A stretch of DNA of 59,184 bases from an uncultured Ectothiorhodospiraceae bacterium. Its GTDB lineage: Bacteria > Pseudomonadota > Gammaproteobacteria > UBA9214. The DNA lies in assembly GCA_947258615.1 (NCBI GenBank), contig CAMYIX010000061.1, positions 1 to 59,184 of the forward strand, given 5' to 3'. The notes beneath the pieces are model-generated. The model was not told the DNA's origin and did no database searches. It was given only the letters and a program-made list of their open reading frames with translations. Both the position numbers and the translations under genes were made by a program. This document shows positions 58,955-59,184 of the stretch, one piece after another; the first letter of the stretch is position 1; the number at the start of each line of letters is the position of its first letter.

Positions 58955-59184
58955 TTTACGCCGTTGCCGCGTTTGCCATTCTGCTCACCATGGGACTTGC
59001 GCTGGCGCGGGCACTCCTGGGACCAACGGTTTATGACCGGATTCTCGCCGTCAACATGTTCGGCACCAAAACCGTGCTGGGGATAGCCGTTTTCGCTTTT
59101 ATGTCGGGGCGCACCGACATCCTCGATATCGCGCTCATTTATGCGCTGATCAGTTTCATTGGTGTGGTCGCGGTTCTCAAACTC
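58951..59184 (+). CDS. mnhF: Mrp/Mnh antiporter subunit F (runs off the window)
   Basis: Hand translation: MIYAVAAFAILLTMGLALARALLGPTVYDRILAVN..DIALIYALISF. Confidence 0.88.
   Translation, partial: MIYAVAAFAILLTMGLALARALLGPTVYDRILAVNMFGTKTVLGIAVFAFMSGRTDILDIALIYALISFIGVVAVLKL

Overview
GC-rich gammaproteobacterial core-genome window made almost entirely of housekeeping genes. Order: a TPAT (TatT/DctP) transporter start, dapE-yffB-dapD-dapC, glnD-map, the rpsB-tsf-pyrH-frr-uppS-cdsA-dxr-rseP-bamA-skp-lpxD-fabZ-lpxA-lpxB-rnhB-dnaE-accA-tilS cluster, pyrG-kdsA-eno-ftsB-ispDF-truD-surE-pcm-yqaA-nlpD-rpoS, alaC-hom-thrC, recJ-prfB-lysS, mltD, rnhA-dnaQ, a decayed nhaD and the start of an Mrp antiporter operon. 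I see no tRNA, rRNA, CRISPR, transposase or phage genes. The most unusual signal is non-coding: about 17 copies of a 27-bp non-palindromic repeat (YACCGCARAG-RCGCARAG-RRCGCARAG) in four intra-operon clusters. The copies point inward around AT-rich spacers, sometimes nested, and one cluster contains a GTAG-type REP doublet. Two normally essential genes carry apparent lesions: bamA lacks about 40 aa (barrel strands 9-10) in frame, and dapE is frameshifted just before its last zinc-ligand His, where the sequence turns abruptly AT-rich. Both could be assembly artefacts. ThrC has a Cys/His-rich insertion. All gene calls come from recognising motifs and synteny by eye; no searches were run.
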